Origin: Ascidiella aspersa | Taxonomy: Eukaryota | Direction of reading: 5' to 3' | Length of the DNA: 64,000 nt | Assembly: GCA_963924565.1 (NCBI GenBank) | Contig: OZ004609.1 | Location: 25,668,001 to 25,732,000 of the forward strand | Shown: in pieces, positions 11,901-25,300 of the stretch | Position numbering within the stretch: the stretch's first letter is position 1 | Layout of the letters: each line of letters begins with the position of its first letter | The notes under the pieces: generated by a model | Databases searched by the model: none | The model's input: the letters and a program-made list of their open reading frames with translations, nothing else | Told to the model about the DNA's origin: nothing | Program-made: the position numbers and the translations under genes

Positions 11901-14900
11901 CGACGTATGACATAACTACTTTTTGTTTCATTCATGTCAGTTTGTTTTTTGAAATACCTACCCGATGAGAAGAACGAATACAAAGATCAATGCTTTTTCC
12001 TTTAAAATCGCGCCCATTAGCAAAATGAAATGAAACAGTATTTACTTTTGGTCTGCGTAAATTGCTGGTAAACAACTACTCAATGCAGCGTTGGCAGTTT
12101 GATTGAACGGCTAATTTGCAAGCTTAAAATTTCCCTCATAACTTTCAACCCTCATAACCTCGCCTAGCGCATTTGAAGTCTGCGATTTTTTGAGCGTGTG
12201 TCAGTTACTAGGCGCCGAAATTGTTACCCCTGGGTTAAATCCGTTGCGAAGATGTTGATTTAACAAAGCCGTTAATTGCCCTGCACATACTGGGATACGC
12301 TGTTTGGTAAACCCGGCAATGAGATTTTGCGGTGTAAAGGCCAACGGGGCATACTACCATTAGCCCGAACGTTGCCTATCCTCATTACCGCGAGGATATT
12401 TTTACATTGCAGATTAGTAGAGTTGTCATTTTTACGTGGTCTACCCTACGAAATGTCGATTTTTCCAATAAAAGTGACAGCGCTATTTTTTACACATAGC
12501 TAAACTTTTTATGGGGAAGAAAAATCGAATTTCGCCGTTGATGTCGCATTTCGCTCCTTAAAAACTACGCCGATGCAGTTCGACGTCGAGCGCTAACAAT
12601 GTGTACTGTGTACACTGCACACTTTTCGACTTCCCTCGCGCAATGATAGATTTTTCGACGAAAAAACTTTCGTTCCAGTATGGCGAATCGACGTGTGCAA
12701 TTTGCAATTTCCTCAGCTTGCGATCCCGGCCGCGTTGACTATTTTTTTCTTTATTAATAAATAAAATTGTGAAAAAAGCACAAGGAAAACAAATTATAAT
12801 AAAAAAGTTCTCAGGCAGCTAACGACCATTTACTTTTGTTTATCGTGATACTTACTCTTTTTAAAGCCGAATGTTGCTCGGAATTTGTACAGAAGATAAC
12901 ATCGCGAAAAAGCATAACATAGTCGGTGCACTTTCTGCTGATTTACATTGATAAATGGCATACCGTGCACATAAAAGGACACAATTCACAAATGTTTTGC
13001 ACGGTTCATCTTTGTGCACTCCGAAGAGTAATTGCTCGGGGGAAAAATACACGATATTCGTAGTTTCATACTTAACCACTCGCTCACATTTTCGCAGTAT
13101 AAACACGTCACAGGACACAAATAGAACAGGTGATATACGGTTTTCGCAGCCTTTTTGCAGACGTTACATTGCTTTAATTCTATTTTACCAAACGAATACA
13201 GGGAATCATTTGTTACAATTGCGCCCAAGTTAAACTTAATCTGCAAGCTTCTTAGTTTGTTATTGATTGTTGAATTGTACAGGTTACGATCCGCAACTTA
13301 AGGTCCGCTGCTATTCTAATTGAGCTCTAGGTGGAAAGAGGGTTGTTGTTTGTATTTCTCGTGTTGACTAAAATCCGACCCCGCTCAGGGCACGAAGCGG
13401 GGAAACCCCGGCGGCAAAGTTCCAACCGGAACCAGGGCGTGCAGCGTGCCAAGGACCTAAGCTCCAAAACGCTCCCGCAAACTGACCCGTTAAACCTTGG
13501 AAATCATCCTGTGTGTAGGGTTCAAGTATGTTCCTCTGCCACGCGAACCCCTAATCTTGTGCTTTCGGCGCATATTTATATGTCCCGTAATAGGCCGACT
13601 TTATACGCGCGCGCGCCAGGGCGATTTACAGGCGGCTGTCGACTTGTGCAGGGCCGCGGTTTGTTTTCGATCTAGGCGCGCGGGGTCCTTTGATGGGTGA
13701 TCGCTTCATCTGTGGTGCCGACGGCGGCGGACCGCGGGGCCCGGGGCTGGAAAGACTCATGCGCTCTCTGTTTTGCCGGGGATTAAAGGCAGTGGCGGCA
13801 CGGCTTGACCCGGGGGGCAAATATTTACACAGCGCGCGATGCCCCCGGTTGTCTCGGCGCGACTGCTCAACTGTACATCAACCCGGGGTAGGTTTCTGCA
13901 TCTCGCGCGACGTTTTAGTCACAATCTGTTGTGTGAGTAAGCAAGCAGCATGAGTCATCGGTGGCCAGTCGTTCACACGGTCACTTCGGAAAGCAACTTT
14001 TTTCGCGCCCAGTTGTCAGCCGCTTTCCCTTACCAAACCTTTCGCATTGCATAAAATTGAGGGCACTCGCTTAATTTTCGTCTACGCACATTGCTGTGTA
14101 GTTTACAGTCGCGCCGCCCAGGATACCGCCCTGTGGCGATGTGACGCATTCCGGTCCTCGCATTGATCACCCCCGGTAAGCCCCCAACGGCAGCCGGGGG
14201 ATTGTTTTCCACTCCGTCTCGCACCTCGAGGCGCGAAGCCCTCGTTTCTCCGCGCCGCGTTTAAATCCCACCGCGGGATTTCGTACGTGCGATCGCCTTT
14301 TCGCGTGTGGTTTAATGCGCCCCTTGGTTGGTTCTGTTAATCGCTAACCCAATAACCGGCCGACGGGCGCGTTTAATTTTCCGTGTCTCATCGATAAACC
14401 GGACAACCGTTTGTCCGCCGGCGTGAGAATGATTCGGCACTGACCGCGCCTGATGCAGTACCCAGGGTGGCACGCGAAACTACAAAGCACCAGCGTGATT
14501 TAATGAGCGCATTTCTCATCAGGTGAAAGACGTCATTAGCCTAAGGAGCGGAGTGTTTAAACAAGCGATAGCAGACTAGGATTCCCCGTTGAAGTTTTGT
14601 GAATTTTGTTCGTCATTGGGCCTCTCCCCACTGAAATGCGCCTGTCGCATTTCCGTTATTTGCCTCCGCCCAAAATATATGGGGCCAAGCCCTTCCTGAT
14701 TTGCCAATCGAAAGTTGCACTTTCAATCAAACGAAAAGTTCAGTTTAATAACACTTGTATCGACGTGGGTGGGTTCGAAATTGCCCTGACTCCGTAATAC
14801 TTGTTTTTAGTTTGAACAGATATTTATTGACATATACCAGTGGTCGGCAATTTTTTTTGGTCGTATAGTAACGAAACAATCGTTGTACTCGACCTAATAT

Positions 14901-17900
14901 TTTTTATGACAATTTGTATCGGATTGAACGGCTGTGTATTTTGCAAAAAAATCAGGTGGTGATCTTACCGATAAAAATTATTTAATTTAACGTTTCTCTG
15001 TTCAGGGTCTTAATGATGTTTTGCCTACTTTTCTGCCAACACCATTACAGGACAGCCTCGACTTTTATGAACCTCCGTGGTATAATATCTAAGAATTAAA
15101 CTGATTTATTGTTGTATTTTTGTATGTCAGGTAATCTAAAAGCGGCGGCCGAGCAAATGGAGCAGTCGCACAGTTTGAGCTTGGATCGCGCGTGGATGGC
15201 AGATACAAGCTTCACACTACATCACCTCGTGTGTCGCCATATGTCAAGGTGGGCAGCAGCGTTAATTTCTTTGGATAAGCATTTATTCGTCAAATTGTGG
15301 AGAAAAAGCGTTTGTCATTGTTTTTTTATCATTAAGGAGTTCTCAAACAATTTCAGAGTATCTTACTTCTTGTGTTAATACGTCCTGTCCCAACGCCAAA
15401 AAGTCAAAAATATTTCTTATTGATTTTAAGCGAAAGCCGATAATTACTTTTAGCGATATGCAATCATCTTAACATTCGTCTAAGGCAGTGGTTCCCAACC
15501 TGGGGGTCACAAGGGGTTGTCTTGGGGGTCGCCGTGTAGTAGTTTTGCAGTATAGAAGGAGAAAAAGCAACCGCCAGTTTACATGGCTTTTGCTGTAGAG
15601 AACCATTACACTCTTCAATTAATGAATCAAGGCTAGCTTCAGTTAAACAATGTCTAATAAAAATGAACGAACGCTCAAACCGTAACTTTAGCTTGTGGGA
15701 CATACTTAAATAAGAACATTTTGGCCAAATGTCGATACAACCCGTCTAGATTTTTTTCCCAATTTGAATTTTGTCAATTTTAAAATGTGTTTTTTATTGA
15801 CGCTGGTTTATGTATCGTACACTATAATAGGGCGGTCGCGCAAGGTATGGAAAACTTGAAGGGGGTCGCGAGAACAAAAAGATCGGGAACCACTGGTCTA
15901 AGTTTAGCGTTAGCCTAACTTGACTGCATGATGCTTCGCTCGCTAATATCTGACGCGGACTATTACGCCGGACCGAATAGCAAGGGGCTGACGCAATCAC
16001 CGACCGATCCCCCATTAGCGGCGTTTCTGCTTTGACTCGCATGGTCACCGCACGTCAAAATAGGAAGTGCCGCGTTTTGCTCGTCACATTGCCGGTTAAT
16101 GGCGTATTTGGGGGGCTTCTCACTTCCGCCTTTCAGGCGAAAAGCGAAACCAAAACTTTCAAACCGCTTAGTCCCGAAACGAAACGAGTTTTGATCCGGC
16201 AGCGATCGTAAAAGGCCGCTCCCACCTGTAAAAGGATTGTGATTGCGTGGTCCCAACGCACGATTAAAAAAGCAGTGTATTCAGATTCTAATTTTAATTT
16301 GGATGAAATTTGGCAGAGGTATGTCTAACAAAAAAATTTTCTAAATCTGTCTTTTTCGTTCTTATTTACTAATTGTGCCGAAAGAATCACTTTGGTTATC
16401 CCCTGGATATATCGGAAATTATTATGTTTAAAACAAGTTTTCAACAATTAAGTTTCCTGAAGTCCTCTTCAGTTTTTTTATGTTTTAAAGAAAAAAAATG
16501 TGTTCAGTTTGCTTCGTGTTACATAATGATTTCATACGTAAGAGGAAAATCGTTGAGTAATGCTGGGCATGCAGGTAGAGAGAAGGTCCACCTTCCCGCA
16601 TAGATCATTCGCCCTTTAATGGCGCAGCTTATAGCATGACTTTAACATTTTCCCGTATCGTATGGCGAATTATCGATAAGGCGACCAAAAGCGCCAAGTG
16701 CTTTGCGTGGAAAGGTGCCGAAAAATTGGTCGCGCGACCTTGCGTGCAACAAAGCAAGATACTGTGTTTCCCTTATCGGTGGCAGATTAACAGTATCGCA
16801 TCGTTTCCTATCAGCGATTGGAAATTCCTTTCACACCCGTTGTCACGATCGACCCAGCCTGAACCCCGAACCGAAAACCCTTATCCAAACCGCCGAATAG
16901 TCCTCGCCACTTGTCAAACCTTTCCAAATGCGTTGCGAGGAATCTCGAAGCGGCCCGTAAATAACTTCCACTTTCACGCACGTGTTGCCTGACAATTCGC
17001 CAGCGTTGAAAACGCCCCTGTTGATTGACCCTCTATCGCACCGCATATCAGCTATAGATGAGCGGTTCATATGCACTTCCCCGTATCGTTGTGAATCCTA
17101 TCAGCGCCAAATCAAGTCCTGGTGCTGTTACTGTTGCTGCTTCGTGTTTTAGCGCGCGATAACTCACCCGAACCCTTCTGGAACCGTGTTTGCGGCGCGA
17201 TAGAGGGACGCTACCGACACCTTGCGACGTAAAAACGCATCGATAAAACTGCCCTGAGCAATAAAATCTAAAAGTCCCGCTTACCCGCCCGAGTTGTTAC
17301 GTTGAAACTAGTGGAACGGATGGTGCTTCTAATTACGGTAAAACTTCAAAGTGTGGGGGCCAGGTTTGAAAGTTGATCAAGTCAATTACCGACCAGTTGC
17401 GCCGGTCGGTGACGTCATTTACGTGGTCTCCGCTGCAAACTAAGGGTTGTTCGACATACCGGCAAAATTATCTTGCAAGATCGGGATTTTCGGTCTGCCA
17501 CTGCGCTTTTAAATGCATTCCTGCTAAATCGTTTTTCGAATTGTTGCGCAAGACACAGTCTGCGTAATATGACTTTTTGACATGTTCGTTTGCAATACAG
17601 CAAATCAGATAATCAGATTCCCATATAAAAACGGGGTATATTTGAGGATTTTTTTAATTTCGAGTAGAATGAACTACGATGTTTTTAAAGCCGGATGTTA
17701 TAATACACTTCTTCCCGGGCTGATTTTTTTCATTTCTATTCCGCGTTTCCCTTCCCCTGCAATAAAGCAATATTTTCGTGGGCTTGCAATTAGTAAAACT
17801 CGAAAGCAAAAAGGCTTCTCCAAAAAATAAAATCTGCTGATGAAAATTAAAGGTGATATTGCTAACGATTTTAGAAAAAACCTCGTGCAGGTATGGGCCA

Positions 17901-20900
17901 CTAACAGTTTTCGATATACAGACATCGAAGCTTACTAACATGTGTTCCTATGTCATCTGTTTGTCGACACTCAATTTCGATAAAAGCTAACTCTCTGACA
18001 TCAATCGTTATTACCGGAACTACTTTAAAACTAAAGTAATAGAACGCTATTATTTTTGTACTAAGGCTTAGTTGTCTTTTTGCCATTACCACGTTAGTTA
18101 CGGGTTATAGTTTGTTTCAAATCAATGTAATTATATTTCTGCGCTGGCTGTAAAATTCCACGTTAAGGCAAGTTAAGTTAAGACCTGAGCGGAGGCATTT
18201 TTACGCGCACAAACTTCTTTAAACCTCACACATGCGACGCCATTTTGTCAGGGTGATCAGGATTAATGATATGCACTGTAAGTACATACACTATAACTTA
18301 TATGTGCAAAATCTTAAAATAGTGTTCTTGTGAGTTTTTTACTGAACCAGTCGATCGCGAGTCTCTAAAAAAATATTTCAGTTGATCGCAATCGAACATA
18401 ATTTGGCTACACCCGGAATATAAGATTTATTTTACGCGTAGGATCTACACGTCTCTGGCCGAGAAGTCCTCTATTGTGGCCGACGCCCAGGCGCTCCTGC
18501 ACCGCGCCTACGACATGTCCAAGGAAGGTTGCGACAACATCCAGGAGGCGCGTGCGTCGCTGCAGCTCGGACGAAACTACGAGCTCGGCAAGGACTCGGA
18601 AACCGCCATCGAGGTATTGCGGGCTTATGCGATTGTTTTTTGGGGGGGCTTATGCGATTGTTTTCGCTGATTTAAAATACCGACCGATCTATTTAAAATG
18701 CGAAGCTCATCACCGTTTACCTTTCCGCGTACCGCAAAACGTTAAACGGTGAATTCCACGTCTTTTGCTCATGCGCTTTTCTACAGACCCCGCCATTTGT
18801 TTACCGATGGCGATAACGGTGCGCCACCGAAACCTTGCAAATTGAAATTGATGTCTTGCAAACGGCATCCGATTTTCGTTCTCAAAATTACCAGGAAATC
18901 GGTGTATTGTGTCCCAGCCTTTGCTGGCTTTGCAACTTTTTCCGTGATCGTTCGTGCGTCAAAACAACAGCGCATCATCAGAGCACGATGGAATTCCAGT
19001 AACAGCTTACGTAGAATTGCACCGCAGATGTAGTTGGGATTTTTGTTTTTATAAGTTGGTGATGTTTTTATGAAAGTAAAGCGCAATTCCCTGTCTGAAA
19101 TATACCATTAACTATTTAGACAAGTAAATTGATAATACCGTTTTCTTATAACTACAAATAATACACTTTTACAATAACTTAATTTCGATGTAATTGTTTG
19201 GCATACGTTGTTGAAAAATACTGCAGGATTTGTTCATTAACTTATATATATATGAAGAGCGTTAAATATCACGTTAAATTTCACTGTTATTATTAATTTT
19301 CTATAGGGGTTTGCCTTGGTAAAATATTACAACAAAACTTGACATCTTCCAGTATTTGTATCGGTTTAGCAACCTCCTGTTAATATTAAGTACAGAAAAA
19401 ACTTTGCAACTTTTCTGATCGCAATCAGTCCCGCAAACGGTTCGAAAAGCTCGCCTAAGAAAACAACGGGAATATGTCTAGATCCCGGGCGCTTAGTGGA
19501 AAGCCGGGTTAAATCCGACTGCCGGCTTAGCTCGAAATCGCCCCAACACGCGCCCAGACCGCAAACGCCCCAGTAGTCTGCGGTGCGTCGGGGCCGCCCG
19601 GCGAGAGGGGGGGGGGGCAGCCCGGGAATTCCTGGGCGCCCTGCCAGGGAAGCTTGCCGGCGCGTGGCGCCAAATTAGGTCGAAGGCCGAGGTTAAAATT
19701 GCCTGTAAACGCGGCTGTCGGGCGGGAGGCTTAATAGATAGCGGGCGGTCAAAATTACCCGTTCCAACTACTTGCCCGTTCGTAGGCGCGCTTACAAGCC
19801 CGAGTAGCAGCTACAAAGTAACGCCCGCCGTTTCTTTCTCTTTTTTCCGCGCTTGCTGCCCCGTCAAGTATCTGAGCCGCAGCCTGGAGATGGCCCAAGA
19901 TCTCGGCGATAGTCAGATGGTCGGCGAGGCGTGCGAGGCTCTGGCCCGCTCGCACCAGACCCAGGGCAACGTGGCCGCCGCCGTCGAGTGCCTGGAGCTT
20001 TTTGCTGAGACGTCACGCGCCAACGGGCACCAGGTCGAGCTCGTCCAGGCGTGCAACTGTCTCGGTGTCATCTACAACACAATGGTGAGAGTTGTTTTGC
20101 TTGCCGTCACTAATTGATTACTCGTGATGCCCGGTTTGCGTGACTCGCCTTTTGGTTTGCACACTCGTTGGTCGGCACGTATAGTTTAAAAAGTCCATTT
20201 TTTAATTTACAGATAAAGTGTATTGCTGTTAGTATTAAAGCAATTTTTAACTTTGCTGAAGAATGCTGGTGTACTCCTCTGCCAACTGCCCTGCCGCGTG
20301 TTCACACCCATAATTTCCAACTTTTGCTTTTATATAACAATATTACCTATAGCTTTTATATAACAACATTAGTTATATATGTCCTGGCTTTTTGGGGTTC
20401 CCTTCCTTTCTTTATACTAATTTCCCTTTTGAGAACTTCTCTTCTGTGAATGTCGTGCCACCCTTTGTCGCCATCTGGCGGAAGTTGCCACGGATCAGAT
20501 TCTGGCTGTGTTTACTGCGTTTTACCGTTTGCAAAACTTTTCTACGTGTTTACTACGCCAGCCATTTAAAGCAACGCTTGAGAGGAAGCGCTACATGCCA
20601 ACTTGCAAGAAATTACTATTAAAAAAATTAAAAACACTATTTTAAGGCCAAATCTGCAAAGCCCTTTCAATTCGAAGCTTATTCTAGTGAGTTATTGGAC
20701 AACAGGCAGCTACACCGATAAATACAGCCAATTATCAAAGTAATCGACGATGTTTGCGTAGATTCGTGTAGCGTGTAGCGGCTGTAGCCCTTAGGAGAAA
20801 CCGAAATTAGTCAACCAATAGGGATTTTATTTTAAACAAGATTTCGGTTGCCGAAAAAACTGCTTAGCTTTACCTTAAAGGTTTAACCATTTCTCCGCAC

Positions 20901-22336
20901 CGGGCAACTAAGACAAGTCGGTGAACCACTTCGGGTCCACATAGATATGGAGAGTGTTTAATATCGCGGTTAATTTAACTTAACTGAAATGATATCATCT
21001 ATAGGGGGTTGGTGGTGAAATATTATAATGAAACTTGACATATAATAATTAGTAATAAAAACCTCGCTTCCTGCACTCGCTGTCGATTTTAAAATGTTTT
21101 TGGTCGATTTAAGTGGCAAAGAGAGAGAATATATAACAACGTCAGCCGCGAAACTTTTTTTTTCTGTTAATTACTGAAAACCCACCCTTACCTTAGCTTT
21201 AACCATTCTCCCCCGCACAGGGCAACTACGACAAATCGGTGGACCACTTCGGCTCCGCTTACGACGTTGGCACCTCTCTCCAGGACAACATCCGGGAGAC
21301 CGGGGTGCAGCTCGGCGTCGCCATGGGCAACCAGATGCTAAACGCGTTCAAGCGGAACATGGAGCTGCCGACCCGTTTTATGCTCGAACGCATCGCGCTC
21401 TGGAAAGACGACCGCGTCAACGATTTTGGAAAGCCGCTGCCCACGAGTAACTATTGGCCGTGTTTGTTTTTTTTGTTTATCATTGTGTACCGTATTGCCT
21501 GGTATTTTTTGGTATGTGGAGGTCTAAACACTGTCGCTTTAACTGTATTACTTTTCAAAAATGCACATTTTGCAATTTTGTGAAATAACGGGCGGTCTAT
21601 TTTTTCTGATGGATTTATGTGACGGTTCACGTCAACTTCTGTGTGAAACAAAAAATCGAAATGGGGCAAAGATGCGTGACAGCCATCGTGCGGTTATTAT
21701 GTGGGCGAAAAGTATTCCGTAGGGTGGCGACAAAGAGACTATCCTTACCCAAAAACAGATTAGTTGTTTTTGTGACAATCGTAGTAACTGAATGGTACAA
21801 AAAAAGAGTAACTTTTCGAAATTAATTAACGTATGTATACCGAAGAAGGAAAGATTATGTTACCATTCACTCGAAAGGCTTATCAACCGAACCCCAAATA
21901 TGAAGAAAATATATGTACGATCAGGATGCAGCAGTCTACGGTTCTATGCTTGTTTCTCGACCTACTCCCATCTGAGCCTTTGTAGCGGTCGGACTGAGGT
22001 CGTGAGTTCGAACCTCACCGCAGGATTCTTGTTTTTTTCTTTCCTGGATTTGCTCGCACTACAATCCTGATTAGGCCAACTAATTTTGGTAATGACCTTC
22101 CTGAAGGTACCCGGACTTATCAACCGTTTACGGCTTGATCTATTTGTATTCGTTTGTCCAAATATACCCTTTAAAACCAATCGTATAACTAAAACAGCCA
22201 CGCGCGTCGTTTTCTCTAGGAATCCTACTTACTTTTGGTCGTTCTTGCAGATTACTCAACTCCTCCGAAAACCCCCGAAGGTCCTCCAGATCCAACTGAA
22301 CCGTTCCGAGAGGCTGAGAGGATGCAGACCCAGTGA
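8940..22336 (+). CDS. TTC29: Tetratricopeptide repeat protein 29 (cilia/flagella TPR protein), 10 coding exons, ~465 aa
   Basis: Exons 8940-8997, 10201-10312, 10562-10703, 10771-10852, 11343-11528, 15131-15248, 18442-18613, 19869-20084, 21221-21446, 22251-22336. All GT-AG with consistent phases (1398 nt). Peptides MTTLP..., [51 protein letters not shown] and LGVIYNTMGNYDKS match vertebrate TTC29 as recalled (MTTLP, [36 protein letters not shown]). The last exon is least certain (alternative AG at 22219). AATAAA at ~22652. Confidence 0.93.
9103..9453. mobile_element. Non-autonomous TIR element (MITE), Merlin-like termini
   Basis: Imperfect ~21-bp TIRs GGCGCTCCTCTAGATTCCTAC / GTACGATTCTAGACCAGCGCC. 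Perfect 8-bp flanking duplication CTAAGTTT (9095-9102, 9454-9461). Internal GGGTTAGG-type motifs. Confidence 0.75.
9706..9835. repeat. Fold-back inverted repeat / small MITE in TTC29 intron 1
   Basis: 30-bp arms AAAGTTTAAAAACCAGAGTAAAATCAGGAT (9706-9735) and ATCCTGATTTTACTTTGGTTTTTAAACTTT (9806-9835), one mismatch. Confidence 0.75.
12742..13283 (-). mobile_element. 5'-truncated, frameshifted L1/Tx1-type non-LTR retrotransposon 3' end (zf-RVT region)
   Basis: Minus-strand ORFs give CNVCKKAAKTVYHLFYLCP (CxxC...HLFxxC knuckle) and, in another frame, FSPEQLLFG...VLLCARYAIYQCK. Followed by a U-rich tail, AATAAA and an A-run ending at ~12742. No TSD recognised. Confidence 0.8.
15486..15895. mobile_element. 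hAT (Charlie-like) MITE
   Basis: TIRs CAGTGGTTCCC...GGGAACCACTG. 8-bp TSD gtctaagg/gtctaagt. Confidence 0.85.
19255..19345 (+). repeat. Dispersed intronic repeat fragment (second copy ~20951-21041)
   Basis: Both copies share a gag(c/t)gtt..aatatc..gttaa.tt...ctatagggg..t...ggt.aaatatta.aa..aaacttgaca backbone. Confidence 0.5.
20871..20950 (+). pseudogene. Decayed partial duplicate of the TTC29 exon 9 acceptor and exon start
   Basis: Aligns by eye to 21189-21270. The acceptor cgcacAG is changed to cgcacCG and TAC is changed to TAA. Confidence 0.75.
21990..22025 (+). repeat. tRNA-derived fragment (T-arm/B-box), possible SINE remnant
   Basis: GAGGTCGTGAGTTCGAACCTCACC resembles a tRNA variable loop plus T-arm with B-box GTTCGAACC. 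No A-box or acceptor stem seen. Confidence 0.35.
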
Positions 22337-25300
22337 TCCCCGTGTCAAGATATGTTTTTTTATTATTTTCCTTTCGTTTATGTATTCGCCCCTAAGTTGA
22401 TCCTACTCATATCGGTAGAGTAAACCTGATAACACATTTTAACACTTCCGCACGGTGGCGTAAGCGAGATTATTTTTGTTCGAGAAAAATCTTCTTCAAT
22501 TTTGACGCTCTGTGTTGTGTTATTGAAGTTTTATATTCTGCTTCAATCCCGTTTTTCTGCAAAAATCAGGTGACCAATGTATCATTCCGAAGTTTTGGTT
22601 CAAAAACATGTTCGACTGTTTTAAAGCTTTTCATATTTGGGACTTTTTCTTAATAAATATATAGTTTTTAGTACTCTAAAGTCTAAACCTTTTGCAACGA
22701 GTCGATGAGTCAAGTCAACTGTATGAATCAACAGACTGTCCGTAACGTAATGCATTTACAATACACGCGATTTTTAATCAATAACCTGTTCAGGAAGTGC
22801 AATATTTTGAAAAAAACAGCGGTGTAGCCTTTTAACATATAGAGTAAAATTCGTACTTTTGGTCGAATGAGCCTTATTGCAATGTCACTGTGGGACTGAA
22901 ATGGCTAGCAAAATTTTCTAAACCAAAACAAAAATCAATTTAAAAGAAGACCCAATTTCACCTTACCTTTAGTTAAGTCAAAAATAGAGTTTTTTGTTGT
23001 AAGACACAACAATGCTTTACTAGTGTTAAAAAAACAACGAGGAAATAATGCATTCATAAAAATATTTGTACAATGGGCAAATCATTCAGCAGTTTGATTT
23101 CTTCTTGGGAACAAATAGATTGTGTTGAAGATCTTATTTTTATTATTTGCATTTTTGTGTACAGACAATTGACATTTTGTAAACTCCTAAAAGTTACAAC
23201 CAACTGACTATAAACCTAATAAAATTTACTTTATAACTTAAATGCATCCTAAAATAGAAGGGACATGCTACATAATTTTAAAGACTTGCCGAAATTCGAC
23301 GCAAGCCTAAATATGCAGTACATCAGCGCTTTGACAGCATTATGTTGTGTTAGGCATAGTTGCTCTTATACCTTCTTCGTTTTCGTGTTTATCTCCGGCC
23401 GCAAAATTCGCGCTGCTTGCTTAATTTACTTGGATGTAGTGGGTCGCTTGTGGAGCGGTCCAAACAGAGAAAAAGGAGCCCGGGTGCGTTTATGGCCGAT
23501 TAATTATTTAATGCAGTTTGCACTTGTCCTGGTGCGCACCTGTCCCCTTCCGCCATCAAATATTCATCGCCCCAACCGTTGAAAAGGGTTCGGTGTCCGT
23601 CGTAGCCCGGAACACGCAACCGGCGCCGGTGTACACGGAAAGCAGCTTTCCCGTATTTATGAAAAGCGCGCGAATATGCGAGCGGCGGCGGCGCAAAGAC
23701 AATAATAAGCGTGGAGCGGGTCAACAACATGCAAGGACTGCTGTGCTCTCTCGCTCCTGTGCCCAACCTACTGAGTCACGTGCTCGCAAAGATCGATTAC
23801 TCTCAATTATTAATGACATGCAGGCAAGCAAGCGTTCGGCGAAGGGCGCCTATATGCGGCTCCTCCCTGGTTTGGTTCTGCAGCATGAGGCCCCCGATTC
23901 CTGGTTTTGCCTCTGCTGCTGCTGGTCATGGCGAGTTTGGCGATTTCGCACTTATACGGCCCACGTCATATGCCGTGTGATGGACGGAGCGCCAGAGCCC
24001 TCCCCCCCGTGCTCCCTGGACGGTAGTAGGACTCTTTACGTCACTGCTGTCGCGGTCCGCGTTCCGATTTTTTCTGCGGGTATATATTTTTTTCTTAACC
24101 AGGGCTCCCGTGGCGTTTGATGTAAGCGACGTGTGCAAGGCGACACTGACATGGCCTTTCGATTTCTGCGTCGCTTGTAAAACAAAGTGTACACAAACCG
24201 CGTAAATTTATCTTTCGACAGGCTGTCTGATACTGCTAGGTTTCGACAGTGACACAAGTTAGAATTATCTACATTTGTATAGGAATTAGTTCGATACATA
24301 AATTGTAAACTTTTGTTAGGGGCGATTATTTGGTTGTATAATATTCTCTTTAAAATGTGACATAAACACGTTACCGTCCCTATATTTCTAATATTTTTCA
24401 CGATCCTTGTGTGTCCACAATACGAAATCACAACTATCTACATAAAGGCATCAAACACCACTGATCTAAAGAGACACATAGAATACCAAATCCACTGTGG
24501 AGGGAGAAAATGACTTGAACTGAAATATCTAATAACTCTGCCGGCAAGAAAAAAACCAAACAAATGTCCCATGTTGCAAATTTTCAGGTAAAATGACAGC
24601 ATTTTTTTGTATAAACTTCAACTGTGGAAAGTAAGAAACAAATACAAATTTTGTTTTCGTTATTGTAAAGTAATTAAGCAAGATACGACACAGGAAAACT
24701 ATTTTTTTATTACAATTATTAAGGCTGATTGTCCGGCCATAGTTTCACTTACACTTACACCTTCTTGATGTTTTACTTTAGAATTTTTTTGGTCGGCTAA
24801 TCAGGCTGCCGGCAAAAATGATTTCCTACTGTCAGAAGCTTACTTAAGTGCTGAGAGAAAACGATCTAAATTCAATGTAGCCTAATCATCACGTCAAGAA
24901 GCAATTTACGCCAGACACATCTTGCATATCAGAATGTTTTTTTATTCAAAACAGGCTCCATCCATACCTATATCCTTGAGGATACCCAACTATCCCTTCT
25001 CTCCTTCAGGAAAACCGGCTCCATAAACTGGGACTAATAATCTAAAAACTGGATACAATAGACGCAAAATAATTGTATACCCTTGCTCTTCCTGCAACGT
25101 GCTACTGATTGACGTCGCACGCAATCGCTCACACCTCAAATTGGAGACGCAATGAGCATTTAATATTTATTAAACTTGTTCATGCATTCGCAATGAAGGC
25201 CTGAATATTTTATAAAACATTCGCTTGATAAAATATTGAACGGCGCGAAAAGCAAGACACATTTTCTGATCGTTTCCGACTTTCACTTTGGACACTCGCT

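Noticed and set aside
21970-22030. Functional tRNA gene
   Set aside because: Only T-arm/B-box similarity; no cloverleaf or A-box.
23518-24120. 200-aa + strand ORF (and the 198-aa ORF at 26462-27058)
   Set aside because: Non-ATG starts, no recognisable family or splice context; probably chance ORFs in GC-rich DNA.
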